From Longimicrobiales bacterium (GTDB lineage: Bacteria > Gemmatimonadota > Gemmatimonadetes > Longimicrobiales > Gaopeijiaceae): a stretch of 64,000 nucleotides of DNA. The translations under genes were made by a program, and so were the position numbers. Below are positions 41,443-51,278 of the stretch, in pieces (within the stretch, counting starts at the first letter, position 1; every line of letters begins with the position of its first letter). The notes under the pieces were generated by a model that was given only the letters and a program-made list of their open reading frames with translations, ran no database searches and had not been told where the DNA came from. Location of the stretch: NCBI GenBank assembly GCA_963664435.2, contig CAXXKM010000001.1:128001-192000 (forward strand). Direction: 5' to 3'.

Positions 41443-43026
41443 ATGTCACCGGGTTCCGCGCGATCGTGCGCCGGTCGCCGCAGCCTGTCCGCGCTGCTGC
41501 TGGCCGCCTCGGTCACCCTTCTGTTCGCATGCGCGGACGATTCCCGGGGGCCGGAGCGGCTCCGCTTCGCGGTCGCGGCCTTCCAGCACGAGACCTGCAC
41601 CTTCTGCCCCGGCGGCGACACGGAAATCGAGGACTGGCTGCGCGTCAGCGAGCCGGTCTCGGGCGAGGCCCTGCTCGGGTCGGGGGACTATGTGGGCGGC
41701 TTTGCCCAGCGGGCGCGCGAGTTCGGGGATGTCGAGCTCGTGGCGCTCTCCTCTCCGCTCGGGGTGTTCGGCGGGTCGTCGCGCAGCTGGAACACGAAAG
41801 CGACCTTCGACCACTTCGTGGACATCATGCTGGCCGAGTTGCGGGACCAGCTTCCCGTTGACGCGGTCTACCTCGCGCTGCACGGCGCCATGGCGGTGCG
41901 CGACGTGCCCCGCCCCGAGGCGGAGATCGCGCGGCGTTTCCGGGAAGTGGTCGGGCCCGACGTCCCCATCGCGGGCACTTTCGACCTGCACGGTAACGAG
42001 GACGGCGAGTTCCTGGAGCACGCCGACTTCGCTTTCGTCACCAAGCGCTTCCCTCACTACGACGCCTACATCCAGGGGGAACGGGCGGCGCGCGCGCTGA
42101 GGCTGGCGGCGCGGGGCGAGTACCAGGCCACCACCGCGACCCGCAAGCCGGGGATCATCACCGCCACCGTTCTTCAGTGGACCGGCCAGTCGCCCTCCAT
42201 GGACATCATGGAGCGAGCCCGACGGTGGGAGTCGCGCGAGGATGACGCTTACGTGTCGGTCTTCTTCGGATTCCCGTGGTCGGACGTACCCGACGTGGGC
42301 GCCACCGTGCACGTCATGACCAACGGCGACCAGGCGCTTGCGGACGAGATCGCCGACGACATGGACGACTTCATCTGGCGGGTGCGGGAGGACTTCGCGC
42401 TGGGCGGGTATCCCGGCCCCGAGGAGGCGGCGGCGATCGTGGCGGACGCGATCGCGCAGGGCGAGGTGCCGGTGGCGGTGGGTGACTACAGTGACCGGCC
42501 GGGCGACGCGACCCACATCCTGAAGGCCTTCGAGGCCGCCGGGATCGGCAGGGTGCTCTACGGCACCATCACTTCGCCCGCGGCCCTCGAGGCGCTGGCG
42601 GAATCCGGCGCACAGGCCGGCGACGCTTTCGACATGGAGATCGGCGGGTTCACGCCATCAGGGGGCACGCCCCATCGTATTACGGGCGTAATACAGTACC
42701 TGGGGGCGGGCTTCAGCTACGATCTGATCGCCGCGGTCTCATTCGGGGACGGCAACCTGGTCTTCCTCACCCCGGCGTACGAACAGGTGCTCTACCCGGA
42801 CGACTTCCGCTACGGCGACATCGACCCGGCCGACTACGAGGTGTTCGTCGTGAAGTCGCGGGTGCACTTCCGCCGCGGCTTCGACGAGACCGGCTACGCG
42901 CCCACCATCGTGCTGGTACAGGCGCCGGAGCCCTTCGTGGGAACGACCTTCCTGGACGCGCTCCCTTACGAGCACGTCGACCTGAGCGGGCTGTATCCCT
43001 ACGGAGTGCCGGCCAACCGCAGGTAA
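41443..43026 (+). CDS. M81-family (MlrC-like) metallopeptidase, probable lipoprotein
   Basis: QHETCTF, LALHGA, DLHGN, PHYD, GFPWSDVP, VVKSRVHFR; LFAC lipobox. Confidence 0.85.
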   Translation: MSPGSARSCAGRRSLSALLLAASVTLLFACADDSRGPERLRFAVAAFQHETCTFCPGGDTEIEDWLRVSEPVSGEALLGSGDYVGGFAQRAREFGDVELVALSSPLGVFGGSSRSWNTKATFDHFVDIMLAELRDQLPVDAVYLALHGAMAVRDVPRPEAEIARRFREVVGPDVPIAGTFDLHGNEDGEFLEHADFAFVTKRFPHYDAYIQGERAARALRLAARGEYQATTATRKPGIITATVLQWTGQSPSMDIMERARRWESREDDAYVSVFFGFPWSDVPDVGATVHVMTNGDQALADEIADDMDDFIWRVREDFALGGYPGPEEAAAIVADAIAQGEVPVAVGDYSDRPGDATHILKAFEAAGIGRVLYGTITSPAALEALAESGAQAGDAFDMEIGGFTPSGGTPHRITGVIQYLGAGFSYDLIAAVSFGDGNLVFLTPAYEQVLYPDDFRYGDIDPADYEVFVVKSRVHFRRGFDETGYAPTIVLVQAPEPFVGTTFLDALPYEHVDLSGLYPYGVPANRR

Positions 43027-43028
43027 GC

Positions 43029-43100
43029 ACAGCCCCGCGGGATTGTAGCTCGGCGGCTCGACCTACAGCCCCGCGGGATCGTAGCTCAGCGGCTCGACCT
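43029..43100. repeat. Tandem duplication of a 36-bp unit (34/36 identical) covering the PPTase 3' end
   Basis: ACAGCCCCGCGGGATYGTAGCTCRGCGGCTCGACCT at 43029-43064 and 43065-43100. Confidence 0.9.
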
Positions 43101-43779
43101 CCACCCCGGCCTGGTCCATGGCCAGCGCGGCCTCGGCGCCTTCCGCGCACCGCACGCCCCCGATGTGCCATTGGACGGGATCTTCCGGAAGGTCTTCGAC
43201 GTGCAGTAGCCCATGTGCCGCGCCCGGAGTCGGGTCCACCGAGAACGACCTGAGCGGGTGCGTGAGCCCCACGCCCAGCGCCTTCAGAAACGCCTCCTTG
43301 CGCGTCCAGAAGCGGAAGAAGAGGCGCCGCCGCTCGTTCGCGGGGGCAGCGTGCAGCCGGGCCGCCTCGTCCGGGGCGAAGTTCTTGTCGGCGATGCCGA
43401 GCATGAGACGCACCTGCCGCATCTCCTCGATGTCCACCCCGAGGCGACCCGAAGCCGCCACCCCGATCATGAGCCGGTCCTCGGAGTGCGACTGGTTGAA
43501 GGACGGTCCACCGGGCAGCCAGGGTTTCCCCTTCTCCTCGTAGTGGAAGCGGATGTCCTCCGGGCGCGTGTCCGTCAGCTGTCCCAGAACGCGGCGCAGG
43601 TGCCCTTGGGCGACGGTGTAGCGACGGCGGTGGCGGTCGTAGGCGAAGCGGTCGGCGCGCTTGCGCTCGCCCGCCGAGAGCAGCTTCCGGGCCGCGGCCG
43701 TGACCCGTGCAGGGACATCCAGCCGGCCTTCCCAGATGTATACGATGCCGGGCCGGAGTCGGGGAGGTTCGAGGCTCAT
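43063..43779 (-). CDS. Sfp-type 4'-phosphopantetheinyl transferase
   Basis: GKP, FNQSHS, LGVDIE, FWTRKEAFLKALGVGL. Confidence 0.92.
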   Translation of the reverse strand: MSLEPPRLRPGIVYIWEGRLDVPARVTAAARKLLSAGERKRADRFAYDRHRRRYTVAQGHLRRVLGQLTDTRPEDIRFHYEEKGKPWLPGGPSFNQSHSEDRLMIGVAASGRLGVDIEEMRQVRLMLGIADKNFAPDEAARLHAAPANERRRLFFRFWTRKEAFLKALGVGLTHPLRSFSVDPTPGAAHGLLHVEDLPEDPVQWHIGGVRCAEGAEAALAMDQAGVEVEPLSYDPAGL

Positions 43780-43862
43780 CTGTGTTGTCCTGACGGGGAT
43801 GCGCATCAAGAATAGACGACGCCGGCAGATATTGTTACATCCGCGCTCAAGGAGCCACCCCG

Positions 43863-44915
43863 ATGTTCGCCACGATGATCTCGCGCTCGTTCGGGCGCGC
43901 CATAGCCCTCGCTGCCTTCATCCCTCTCACCCTGGCCGCCTGTCAGGTCGGATCCCCTCCGGAGGAGCCATCCGCCGAGGCGCCGATGGCCGCCGAGACG
44001 CCGGCCCCCGACTTCACCCTCGGCTCCGAGAACACGCACAATCGCTGGAGTTCCACCATCCCGCCGCAGTTGACGGTTCCCTCCGGAGCAGTCGTCGAAG
44101 CGTTCACGAAGGAAGCTTCTGACGGCCAGATCACCGAAGCCACGACGGCCGAGGACCTGCTCACCGTCAACTTCGACCTCATCCATGCGCTCACCGGCCC
44201 CATCTACGTGGAGGGCGCGAGCCCGGGCGATCTGCTGGCGGTGACGCTGCACGAGATCGAGGTCCAGGGCTGGGGATGGGCGGGCATCTTCCCCGGGTTC
44301 GGCTTCCTGCCCGAAGAGTTCACCGGGCCGTTCATCCGGGGCTTCCCGATGGAGCCCGGAGCCACGGAAGTCCCCTTCAACGACGACATCACGATTCCGC
44401 TGGCGCCGTTCGCGGGGGTGATGGGGGTCGCGCCCGACACCGACTCGATGCTCGTGACCATCCCGCCGCGCACCAACGGCGGCAACATGGACAACCGCCA
44501 CATGATCGCGGGAACGACGGTCTACTTCCCCGTACAGGTCGAAGGCGCCCTCTTCTCCATCGGTGACACGCACGCGGCCCAGGGCGACGGCGAAGTGTCC
44601 GGTTCCGCCATCGAGGCGCCCATGCGCATCGTCTTCGAGGTCGAGGTCATGGAGAACACGCGCGGAATGGTCGAACCCCAGTACGAGAGCGACGACTACT
44701 ACGCCGTGACCGGCTTCGCCACCACCATCGACGAGGCGGCCCGCAAAGCCACCCGCTACATGATCGACTACCTGGTCGCCGAACACGGCCTCACGCCCGA
44801 GGAAGCCTACGTGCTCTGCTCGATTGCCGGCGACATGAAGATCTCGGAGACGGTGGACGTGCCCCACATGCTGGTCAGCATGCACATGCCGAAGGGGATT
44901 TTCGGGGAGGGATAG
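43863..44915 (+). CDS. Acetamidase/formamidase family lipoprotein
   Basis: HALTGPIYVEGA.PGD, GGNMD, GDTHAAQGDGEVSGSAIE; LAAC lipobox. Confidence 0.88.
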   Translation: MFATMISRSFGRAIALAAFIPLTLAACQVGSPPEEPSAEAPMAAETPAPDFTLGSENTHNRWSSTIPPQLTVPSGAVVEAFTKEASDGQITEATTAEDLLTVNFDLIHALTGPIYVEGASPGDLLAVTLHEIEVQGWGWAGIFPGFGFLPEEFTGPFIRGFPMEPGATEVPFNDDITIPLAPFAGVMGVAPDTDSMLVTIPPRTNGGNMDNRHMIAGTTVYFPVQVEGALFSIGDTHAAQGDGEVSGSAIEAPMRIVFEVEVMENTRGMVEPQYESDDYYAVTGFATTIDEAARKATRYMIDYLVAEHGLTPEEAYVLCSIAGDMKISETVDVPHMLVSMHMPKGIFGEG

Positions 44916-44949
44916 GACCCGACGGAGTTAGAGGCCGCTGCGGGGCGCT

Positions 44950-45825
44950 TCAATTCCCCAGCGCCCGTCCAACCGTGACGTGATACACCGTCTGCTGACG
45001 CTCGTAGATCACGAGGGCCAGCCCCTCGGACTGCGCCTCCAGGAGCACCCGGCTGAAGATGGCTCCCAGTTCGCGGGATTTTCGGCCCGAGACCGACTCG
45101 AGCGCCAGATCTACGAGCCGCTCGACGTGCGGGGCGAACTCGGCGGGCACGCCGGCGAGGATCTCCGGCGGCCGCTCGGACGGTGGCGCGAACGCGGCGT
45201 AGGAGAGGTCCACGGTGGTGCCGAACTCGTGTGAGCTCACGCCGGCGGCTGCATTGGGGTTCCTGCCCCGCAGACGTGCCTGCCGCTCGGACGTGCGCAG
45301 CGCGCTCGTGACCTCGATGCGGTACGGCGGAAGACCCATCTCCGCCAGTCGGTCCTGGAACCGCCGGCCGAGCTCCTCGAGCAGGGCGGGCACCTCGGGA
45401 ACCATGTACGTCGGGGAAGTGCCGGGGCGAACGATCCAGTGCGCGGTGCTGTCCTCGAGCTGAACCAGCCGCCCCGCCGCGACAAGGGAGTCCCGGGCGG
45501 GGCGGTCGGCTACCCGGACGCCCAGCTCACGGGCGCGGGCCACGTGCGAGGCGTTGAGGAAGCGGCGGAGCGCGTTCTCCTGGGCCGTCGTCATTACCGG
45601 GAGGGGAGAGAGAATGTCGTTGGCCCTGTCCGCCTCCCGGTCCGTGAGGTCGAGCGCCTGTGACAAGGCTTGCTCGATCTCCGTCACGGTGGCGACCCTG
45701 GCCGCCTCTACGGCCGCCTCCCGCTCCCGCTCCCGTTCCGCTCTGCCGCACGAGGTCAGGAACAGGGCCAGGACCGCGATCCATCCGGCTTTGCGTCGAA
45801 GCATGGCTGCGCTGCCGTTTGTCAT
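44950..45825 (-). CDS. DUF5715-like lipoprotein (possibly peptidase M15-like fold)
   Basis: LTSC lipobox; VTSALRT, NPNA, SSHEFGTTVDLSY, IYERQQTVYHVTV. Confidence 0.65.
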   Translation of the reverse strand: MTNGSAAMLRRKAGWIAVLALFLTSCGRAEREREREAAVEAARVATVTEIEQALSQALDLTDREADRANDILSPLPVMTTAQENALRRFLNASHVARARELGVRVADRPARDSLVAAGRLVQLEDSTAHWIVRPGTSPTYMVPEVPALLEELGRRFQDRLAEMGLPPYRIEVTSALRTSERQARLRGRNPNAAAGVSSHEFGTTVDLSYAAFAPPSERPPEILAGVPAEFAPHVERLVDLALESVSGRKSRELGAIFSRVLLEAQSEGLALVIYERQQTVYHVTVGRALGN

Positions 45826-46124
45826 CGAAGTCCTCCAATCGACGGGGTCGCGGGAACGGTCACGGGTGTATGGGTTTCGACGCTAGACACGAGCATGACG
45901 GCAGGCAAGGAGAACCGACCCATGACCGAAGGAAAATCCCGTCCCCGCTCGCGCGTCGCCGTGAAGGCCCGAAGGCGAGCGCGGAGCGCACTGGATGACT
46001 GACGCCCCGGGCTGCACGCCGCCGCCCGGGGAAGCCGCGGGAGCGGGCAACCGGAACCTGGCGGTGTCCATCCCATTAGACACTACAGAGCACCGCATCA
46101 ACCTCGACCTTCCCTGACCCGCCG

Positions 46125-47267
46125 ATGGCCATCCACCAGTTCCCACTCGTCCGGCGGCAGCCGCATCGCAGCGTCCCGCTCGCGCACGACAGCACGCCGG
46201 GCGGAGCCGCCCCCGCTTTGGGCGCATTCTTCCTGCTGATGTTCGGCCTCGCCGCCGCGTCTCCAGTGCAGGCCCAGATCACCGGCTACGTGCTCAACGA
46301 GGAGGGCGACCCGGTCGCCGGCGCCGCCGTGGAGGCCTGGGCGGCGGACCGCAAGATCGGAGGCCGGCTGGCCGATGAGGACGGCTGGTTCCTCTTCCCC
46401 GCCAACATGACGGGACAGATTCGCGCACTGTACGCGGGACAGCTCGGATACCATCCGGAAGTAGTCCAGATGGAGGAAGGCGTCGACGCCTACGAGATCC
46501 GCCTGACCCGCGAACCCATTCCGCTTCCCGAGCTGGTCGTGGATGCGCAACGGGCCCGCTGCGCCGGCGGAGAGGATCGCGACGCGCGACGCCTGTGGGA
46601 GTACGCCGCCGCGCGCTACAACCAGGGTCTGGACACGCTGGGCGTGGCCACCTACCTGGCATCCGTGGAATCCATCCTGCCGGAGGGTGAGGTGGGGACG
46701 GTGCAGGCCGCGGGCGAGGCCATCGCGCAGCGCGGGTCCTCTTCCCTGCTCCGCTTCAGCTGGCGGCGGCGCATCGAGCGCGAGGGGTACGCGTACCAGA
46801 TCCGGAGAACGACCCCCGAGCAATCGTACACGTCCTGGGTTTATCCTCCGCTGGAGGCGGATTTCGCCCCGCACTTCGCGGGGGAGTTCTTCGGCGACCG
46901 GCATCGCTTCCAGTTCGACAGGGTCGAGGAGCCCGACCAGGACGGGAGCGTGACGGTGGTGTTCTGCGCACGGGACGACGACCATCCGTCGATGGAAGGC
47001 ACGCTGGTCATCAGCCCGGACACGACGATCGCGGTTGCCCAGTGGCTCTTCCGCACCCCGGAGCCGGTCGAGCATGCGGGCGGGCGGGCGGTGTTCGGCC
47101 CGCTCGCGGACGATCCCGAAGACTCGTATCTGCTGCCCATCGAGGGTGTCTTCTGGCGCAGGTCGCCGCCCGACAGCTTCTGGCAGCGGTACCAGAAGTT
47201 CGAGCGGTGGATGGTGGCGCAGGGAGACTCGGTACCTTTCCTTCCCAAGAGACCTGGCGGAGATTAG
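46125..47267 (+). CDS. Secreted protein with N-terminal carboxypeptidase-regulatory-like domain
   Basis: AQITGYVLNEEGDPVAGAAV...DEDGWF...LGY...PIPLPELVV. Confidence 0.65.
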   Translation: MAIHQFPLVRRQPHRSVPLAHDSTPGGAAPALGAFFLLMFGLAAASPVQAQITGYVLNEEGDPVAGAAVEAWAADRKIGGRLADEDGWFLFPANMTGQIRALYAGQLGYHPEVVQMEEGVDAYEIRLTREPIPLPELVVDAQRARCAGGEDRDARRLWEYAAARYNQGLDTLGVATYLASVESILPEGEVGTVQAAGEAIAQRGSSSLLRFSWRRRIEREGYAYQIRRTTPEQSYTSWVYPPLEADFAPHFAGEFFGDRHRFQFDRVEEPDQDGSVTVVFCARDDDHPSMEGTLVISPDTTIAVAQWLFRTPEPVEHAGGRAVFGPLADDPEDSYLLPIEGVFWRRSPPDSFWQRYQKFERWMVAQGDSVPFLPKRPGGD

Positions 47268-47319
47268 GGCGGCCTGCGGGTACGCCGCAGCAACCTCCGT
47301 CCCCGCACCCGCCACCGCC

Positions 47320-49254
47320 ATGAAACGCTTTGCCTGCGGCACGCGCGTTCGCGCCGGCTTCGTGGTCCTCCTGCTGTCCGCCTGCGCCGACGCCGCCCCC
47401 GCGCCCCGGCCACCCGGCGACGGGGACTGGGTCGCCTACGGCCGGGACGCGGGAGGATCCAGCTACTCGCCGCTCGACCAGATCACGACCGCGAATGTCG
47501 GCGGGCTCGAGTTGGCGTGGAGCTGGGAGACGGGCGAGGAGCCGATTCCCGGCCCTCTTTCGCCGATTCGCGGGCAGGAGGTGCGGCCGGGCAACTTCGA
47601 GACCACGCCGCTCGCCTTCAACGACACGCTCTTCTTCACCACGGCCTACAACCGCGTCATCGCCCTCGAAGGCAGCACCGGCAGGCCGCTCTGGGAGTAC
47701 GACCCGCGCACCGTGGAGTGGGGGCAGCCGCCCAACGGAACGGGCTTCGTGCACCGCGGGGTGGCGGTGTGGAGCGGGCCGGGCGAGCGGCGCATCTTCC
47801 TCAACACGCGCTGGCGCCTGATTGCGCTCGACGCCGCCACCGGCGAGCCGGTGCAGTCGTTCGGGCACCGGGGCGAGATCGACCTCACCGAGCAGCTGCT
47901 CTGGCCCACCAACCGCCTGCACTATACGCAGACGTCGCCGCCGGTGGTCTTCGAGGACCTGGTCATCGTCGGCAACGGGGTGTGGGACGGCTTCGTCTAC
48001 CCGCGCGATCCGCCCGGCAACGTGCAGGCCTTCGACGTGCACACCGGCGAGCTGGTGTGGTCGTTCAACCTCATCCCGCAGCCCGGCGAGCCCGGAAACG
48101 AGACCTGGGAGGACGGCAGCTGGGACTACACGGGACACACGAACGCGTGGGCGCCGATGGTGGTGGACGAGGAGCGCGGGCTCCTGTACGCGGGGATCGG
48201 CACGCCGTCCAACGACTACTACGGCGGCCACCGCCTGGGCGACAACCTGTACGCCGAGTCGCTGGTGGCCCTCGACGCGCGCACCGGCGAGCTGGCGTGG
48301 CACTTCCAGACGGTGCGCCACGGGCTGTGGGACTTCGACCTGCCGGGTGCGCCGGTGCTCTTCACCGTGACGGTGGACGGCCGCGCGGTCGACGCGGTGG
48401 CGGTGGCCGGCAAGACCGGCTTCGTCTACACCTTCGACCGGGAGACCGGCGAGCCGGTGTGGCCCATCGAGGAGCGGCCGGTGCCGCCGAGCGACGTGCC
48501 CGGCGAGGTTGCGGCTGCGACCCAGCCCTTCCCCACCTCCCCACCCCCCTTCGCCCGCCAGGGATTCACCCCCGACGACCTCATCGACCTCACCCCGGAG
48601 CTGCGGCGGCGCGCCGAGGAGCTGACCGCCGGCTACCGCTTCGGGCCCCTCTACGAGCCGCCTTCCATGGAGGGCACCATCGCCATGCCGGGCATCCTGG
48701 GCGGCGGCAACTGGGGCGGGGTGGCGGTGGACCCGGCGAGCGCCGTCCTGTTCGTGAAGTCCTCCGAGGAGGCCAGCCTGCTCAGGATCGCGCCCGCCAA
48801 CCCGGCCACCACGGTTGCCGACTACGGCATCGATCGCACGGCCTCCAGGACCCTGACGGTCGACGGACTGCCCATCTCCAACCCGCCGTACGGGACCCTC
48901 ACCGCCATCGACATGAACGGCGGCGCGATCCTCTGGCAGGAGGCGGTCGGGGAGCGCCCGGAGATCGCGGGCCATCCCGCGCTGGCCGCGCTCGACCTGC
49001 CCGCCCGGCTGGGGGTGGTGGGGGCGCCGGGCCCGTTCGCGACCGGCGGCGGCCTGGTGTTCCTCACGGGCGGCTCGGACATCCTGTACGCCTTCGACGC
49101 GGCGAGCGGGGAGGTGCTGTGGGAAGGCCGGCTGCCCGCGCGGGCCTACGCCAACCCTATGACCTTCGAGACACGCGACGGGCGCCAGCTGGTGGTCATC
49201 GCAACCGGCGAACGCGAGGGAGCGGCGCTGCTGGCGTTCGGGCTGGGGAGCTAA
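47320..49254 (+). CDS. PQQ-dependent dehydrogenase (quinoprotein glucose dehydrogenase-like), lipoprotein
   Basis: DWVAYGRD..SYSPLDQI, TGELVWSF Trp-docking repeats, HGLWDFDLP, GGGNWGG, PPYGTL, ANPMTF. Confidence 0.9.
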   Translation: MKRFACGTRVRAGFVVLLLSACADAAPAPRPPGDGDWVAYGRDAGGSSYSPLDQITTANVGGLELAWSWETGEEPIPGPLSPIRGQEVRPGNFETTPLAFNDTLFFTTAYNRVIALEGSTGRPLWEYDPRTVEWGQPPNGTGFVHRGVAVWSGPGERRIFLNTRWRLIALDAATGEPVQSFGHRGEIDLTEQLLWPTNRLHYTQTSPPVVFEDLVIVGNGVWDGFVYPRDPPGNVQAFDVHTGELVWSFNLIPQPGEPGNETWEDGSWDYTGHTNAWAPMVVDEERGLLYAGIGTPSNDYYGGHRLGDNLYAESLVALDARTGELAWHFQTVRHGLWDFDLPGAPVLFTVTVDGRAVDAVAVAGKTGFVYTFDRETGEPVWPIEERPVPPSDVPGEVAAATQPFPTSPPPFARQGFTPDDLIDLTPELRRRAEELTAGYRFGPLYEPPSMEGTIAMPGILGGGNWGGVAVDPASAVLFVKSSEEASLLRIAPANPATTVADYGIDRTASRTLTVDGLPISNPPYGTLTAIDMNGGAILWQEAVGERPEIAGHPALAALDLPARLGVVGAPGPFATGGGLVFLTGGSDILYAFDAASGEVLWEGRLPARAYANPMTFETRDGRQLVVIATGEREGAALLAFGLGS

Positions 49255-49255
49255 C

Positions 49256-51262
49256 CTACAGCCCGTACCTCTCCTGTAGCACCGCCGCCGAGGCCAGCAT
49301 CAGCAGGAGCGAATCGACGGAGGGACGATCCCGGTCCGCGAGACGCGGCAGGCCGTCCAGGATCCCCGTCACCGCGCCGGCGTCCAGGAACGGGACCGCG
49401 CGCACCGACGCTCCGCGCAACGTGTCCTGCAGGAAATCGTGGAGCGGGCCCTCGGTGCCGACCGCGGAGGGAGCCATGAACGCGCGCTTGGCCCTGCCAT
49501 ATACCGCATCGGGGATGTACGGCCGCATCGCTTCACGGAGCAGGCGCTTTTCTCCGGGAGGGGCGGTGAGTACCGCGAGCGGCAGCCGGTTCGCGTACTC
49601 GAACAGCTCCTGGTCGAGAAACGGGAGGCGCACCTCCACCCCGTGCGCCATGTCCAGACGGTCCGCGGCGAGGTGGTAGTTGACGAAGAGCGAGTGCAGC
49701 CAGAGGTAGAGGAGCTGCCGCGACGGCTCCCGCCGGGAGAGGGCGCCGGAGTCGCGTGCACGCCGGTAGAAGGCATGATAGAGGTCGTATCCGGCGAAGC
49801 CGCGCAGGAAGTCCTCGGAGCACACCGACTGGATGAGGCCGAGCCCCCGGGTGAGTCGCGTGAAGAGCGAGGGAGCCGCGGGCAGCAGCAGCGCGATGCG
49901 GGCGAGCCACGGGGAGACGGCCGCGAGCGCGGGGTACTCCCGTGCCGGAGAGCGCAGCAGCCCGCGCAGGATTCTCAGGATCTTCCGCGGGCCGAGCCCT
50001 CCTCCCCCCGCCCCCGCCGCGGCGCGCAGGAACTCGTAGCCGAAGAAGGCCTCGTCGGCGCCCTCGCCCGCCAGCACCGACCGGTATCCGGCCTCGCGAA
50101 CGCCGCGCGCAAGCAGATAGCGGGCAACGCCATGCGTGTTGTACTGGAGCGTCTCGGCGTGCCGGACCGCGTCCGGGAAGTGGTCGGCCAGCGCGGCGTC
50201 GTCCAGCATCACGACGGTGTGATCCGCGCCGGCCGCAGCCGCCATCTCACGCGCTCCCGCGCTCTCGTCGTACTCTCGGCGCTCGAACCCGACCGTGAAG
50301 GCCGCAACCGGCTTCCCGGTCCCTGCCGCGGCCAGGCCCAGCACCGAAGAGGAATCCAGGCCGCCGCTCAACAGGCACCCCACCGGCACGCCGGCGACCA
50401 TGCGCAGGCGGACGGCCTCCTCCGTCAACCCGCGCACGCGCTCGACCGCTTGCGTGAATCCGGAGATGGTGGGCGCGTCGCCGGACCGAGTGTGGCCGGA
50501 GGCGGTGGCCGACCAGCCGTGCCGGCTTGGACCGGTGGCCCCGGCTCCCGCTCCGGCTCGGCCGCCACGGCGCAACCAGCCCCGCCGCCACGGCGACGGC
50601 GGCAGATCCCAGTACGGCTCCAGCTGCAGGCCATCCGCACCGGCCCGCAGAACGTGCCCGGGCGGCACCTGCGAGATCCCGGCAAAGAGGGACCGCCGCT
50701 CGTCCGGGCAGGCGTGGAGCGCATGGTAGACCGCGCGCCCATCCCACGACCGCGGGATCCCCGCCGCGAACAGCGCCTTCGCCTCCGACGCCAGGTACAC
50801 CGCGCCGCGATGCTCCGCGAAGAAGAGCGGCTTCATCCCGAAACGGTCTCGCGCGGCGAAGAGACGCCCCGACTCCTCGTCCCAGACGACGAAGGCGAAC
50901 TGGCCGCGCAAGCGCTCCAGGCATCCGGCGCCGAGCTCTTCATAGAGATGCAGCGCGATCTCGCTGTCGGAGCGGGTGCGGAAGCGGTGCCCCCGCGCTT
51001 CGAGTTCCGACCGAATCCGCGCGAAGTCGTAGAACTGGCCGTTGACGATGATCCGCAGCCGCTCGTCCTCGCCGGCGATCGGCTGAAAGCCCTCCGGATC
51101 GTTGATGGCGAGAAGGGTGTGGCCCAGTCCCGCTCGGCCGCCGGGGGAAACCCAGGTCCGCGTTCCGTCCGGACCCCGGTGCTCCAGCGCCTCGGTGGCG
51201 CGCCGGAGCGCGGCCCCGGGGACCGGGCCGCTGCGCGACAGGATGGCGACGATTCCGCACAT
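49256..51262 (-). CDS. Asparagine-synthetase-B-like amidotransferase
   Basis: MCGI, HRGPD, RDRFGMKPL, LSGGLDSS, GEGADE, EVRLPFLD; divergent glutamine-site residues. Confidence 0.88.
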   Translation of the reverse strand: MCGIVAILSRSGPVPGAALRRATEALEHRGPDGTRTWVSPGGRAGLGHTLLAINDPEGFQPIAGEDERLRIIVNGQFYDFARIRSELEARGHRFRTRSDSEIALHLYEELGAGCLERLRGQFAFVVWDEESGRLFAARDRFGMKPLFFAEHRGAVYLASEAKALFAAGIPRSWDGRAVYHALHACPDERRSLFAGISQVPPGHVLRAGADGLQLEPYWDLPPSPWRRGWLRRGGRAGAGAGATGPSRHGWSATASGHTRSGDAPTISGFTQAVERVRGLTEEAVRLRMVAGVPVGCLLSGGLDSSSVLGLAAAGTGKPVAAFTVGFERREYDESAGAREMAAAAGADHTVVMLDDAALADHFPDAVRHAETLQYNTHGVARYLLARGVREAGYRSVLAGEGADEAFFGYEFLRAAAGAGGGGLGPRKILRILRGLLRSPAREYPALAAVSPWLARIALLLPAAPSLFTRLTRGLGLIQSVCSEDFLRGFAGYDLYHAFYRRARDSGALSRREPSRQLLYLWLHSLFVNYHLAADRLDMAHGVEVRLPFLDQELFEYANRLPLAVLTAPPGEKRLLREAMRPYIPDAVYGRAKRAFMAPSAVGTEGPLHDFLQDTLRGASVRAVPFLDAGAVTGILDGLPRLADRDRPSVDSLLLMLASAAVLQERYGL

Positions 51263-51278
51263 CGGAAGTCCCGGATCC

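Noticed and set aside
41443..43026. Microcystin-degradation (mlr) cluster
   Set aside because: Only an M81-family peptidase is present, with no mlrA, mlrB or mlrD; the family is widespread
43037..43100. GCGGGAT(T/C)GTAGCTCAGCGG resembles a tRNA 5' end
   Set aside because: No anticodon arm, T-loop (GTTCGA) or acceptor 3' strand follows; it is the antisense of the PPTase 3' end and its duplicate
43029..43100. 36-bp repeat as a minimal CRISPR array
   Set aside because: The two units are adjacent with no spacer, and there are no cas genes in the window
49256..51262. AsnB-like gene as a lasso-peptide cyclase
   Set aside because: It retains the N-terminal MCGI Ntn cysteine, and no B1/B2 protein or precursor peptide is nearby
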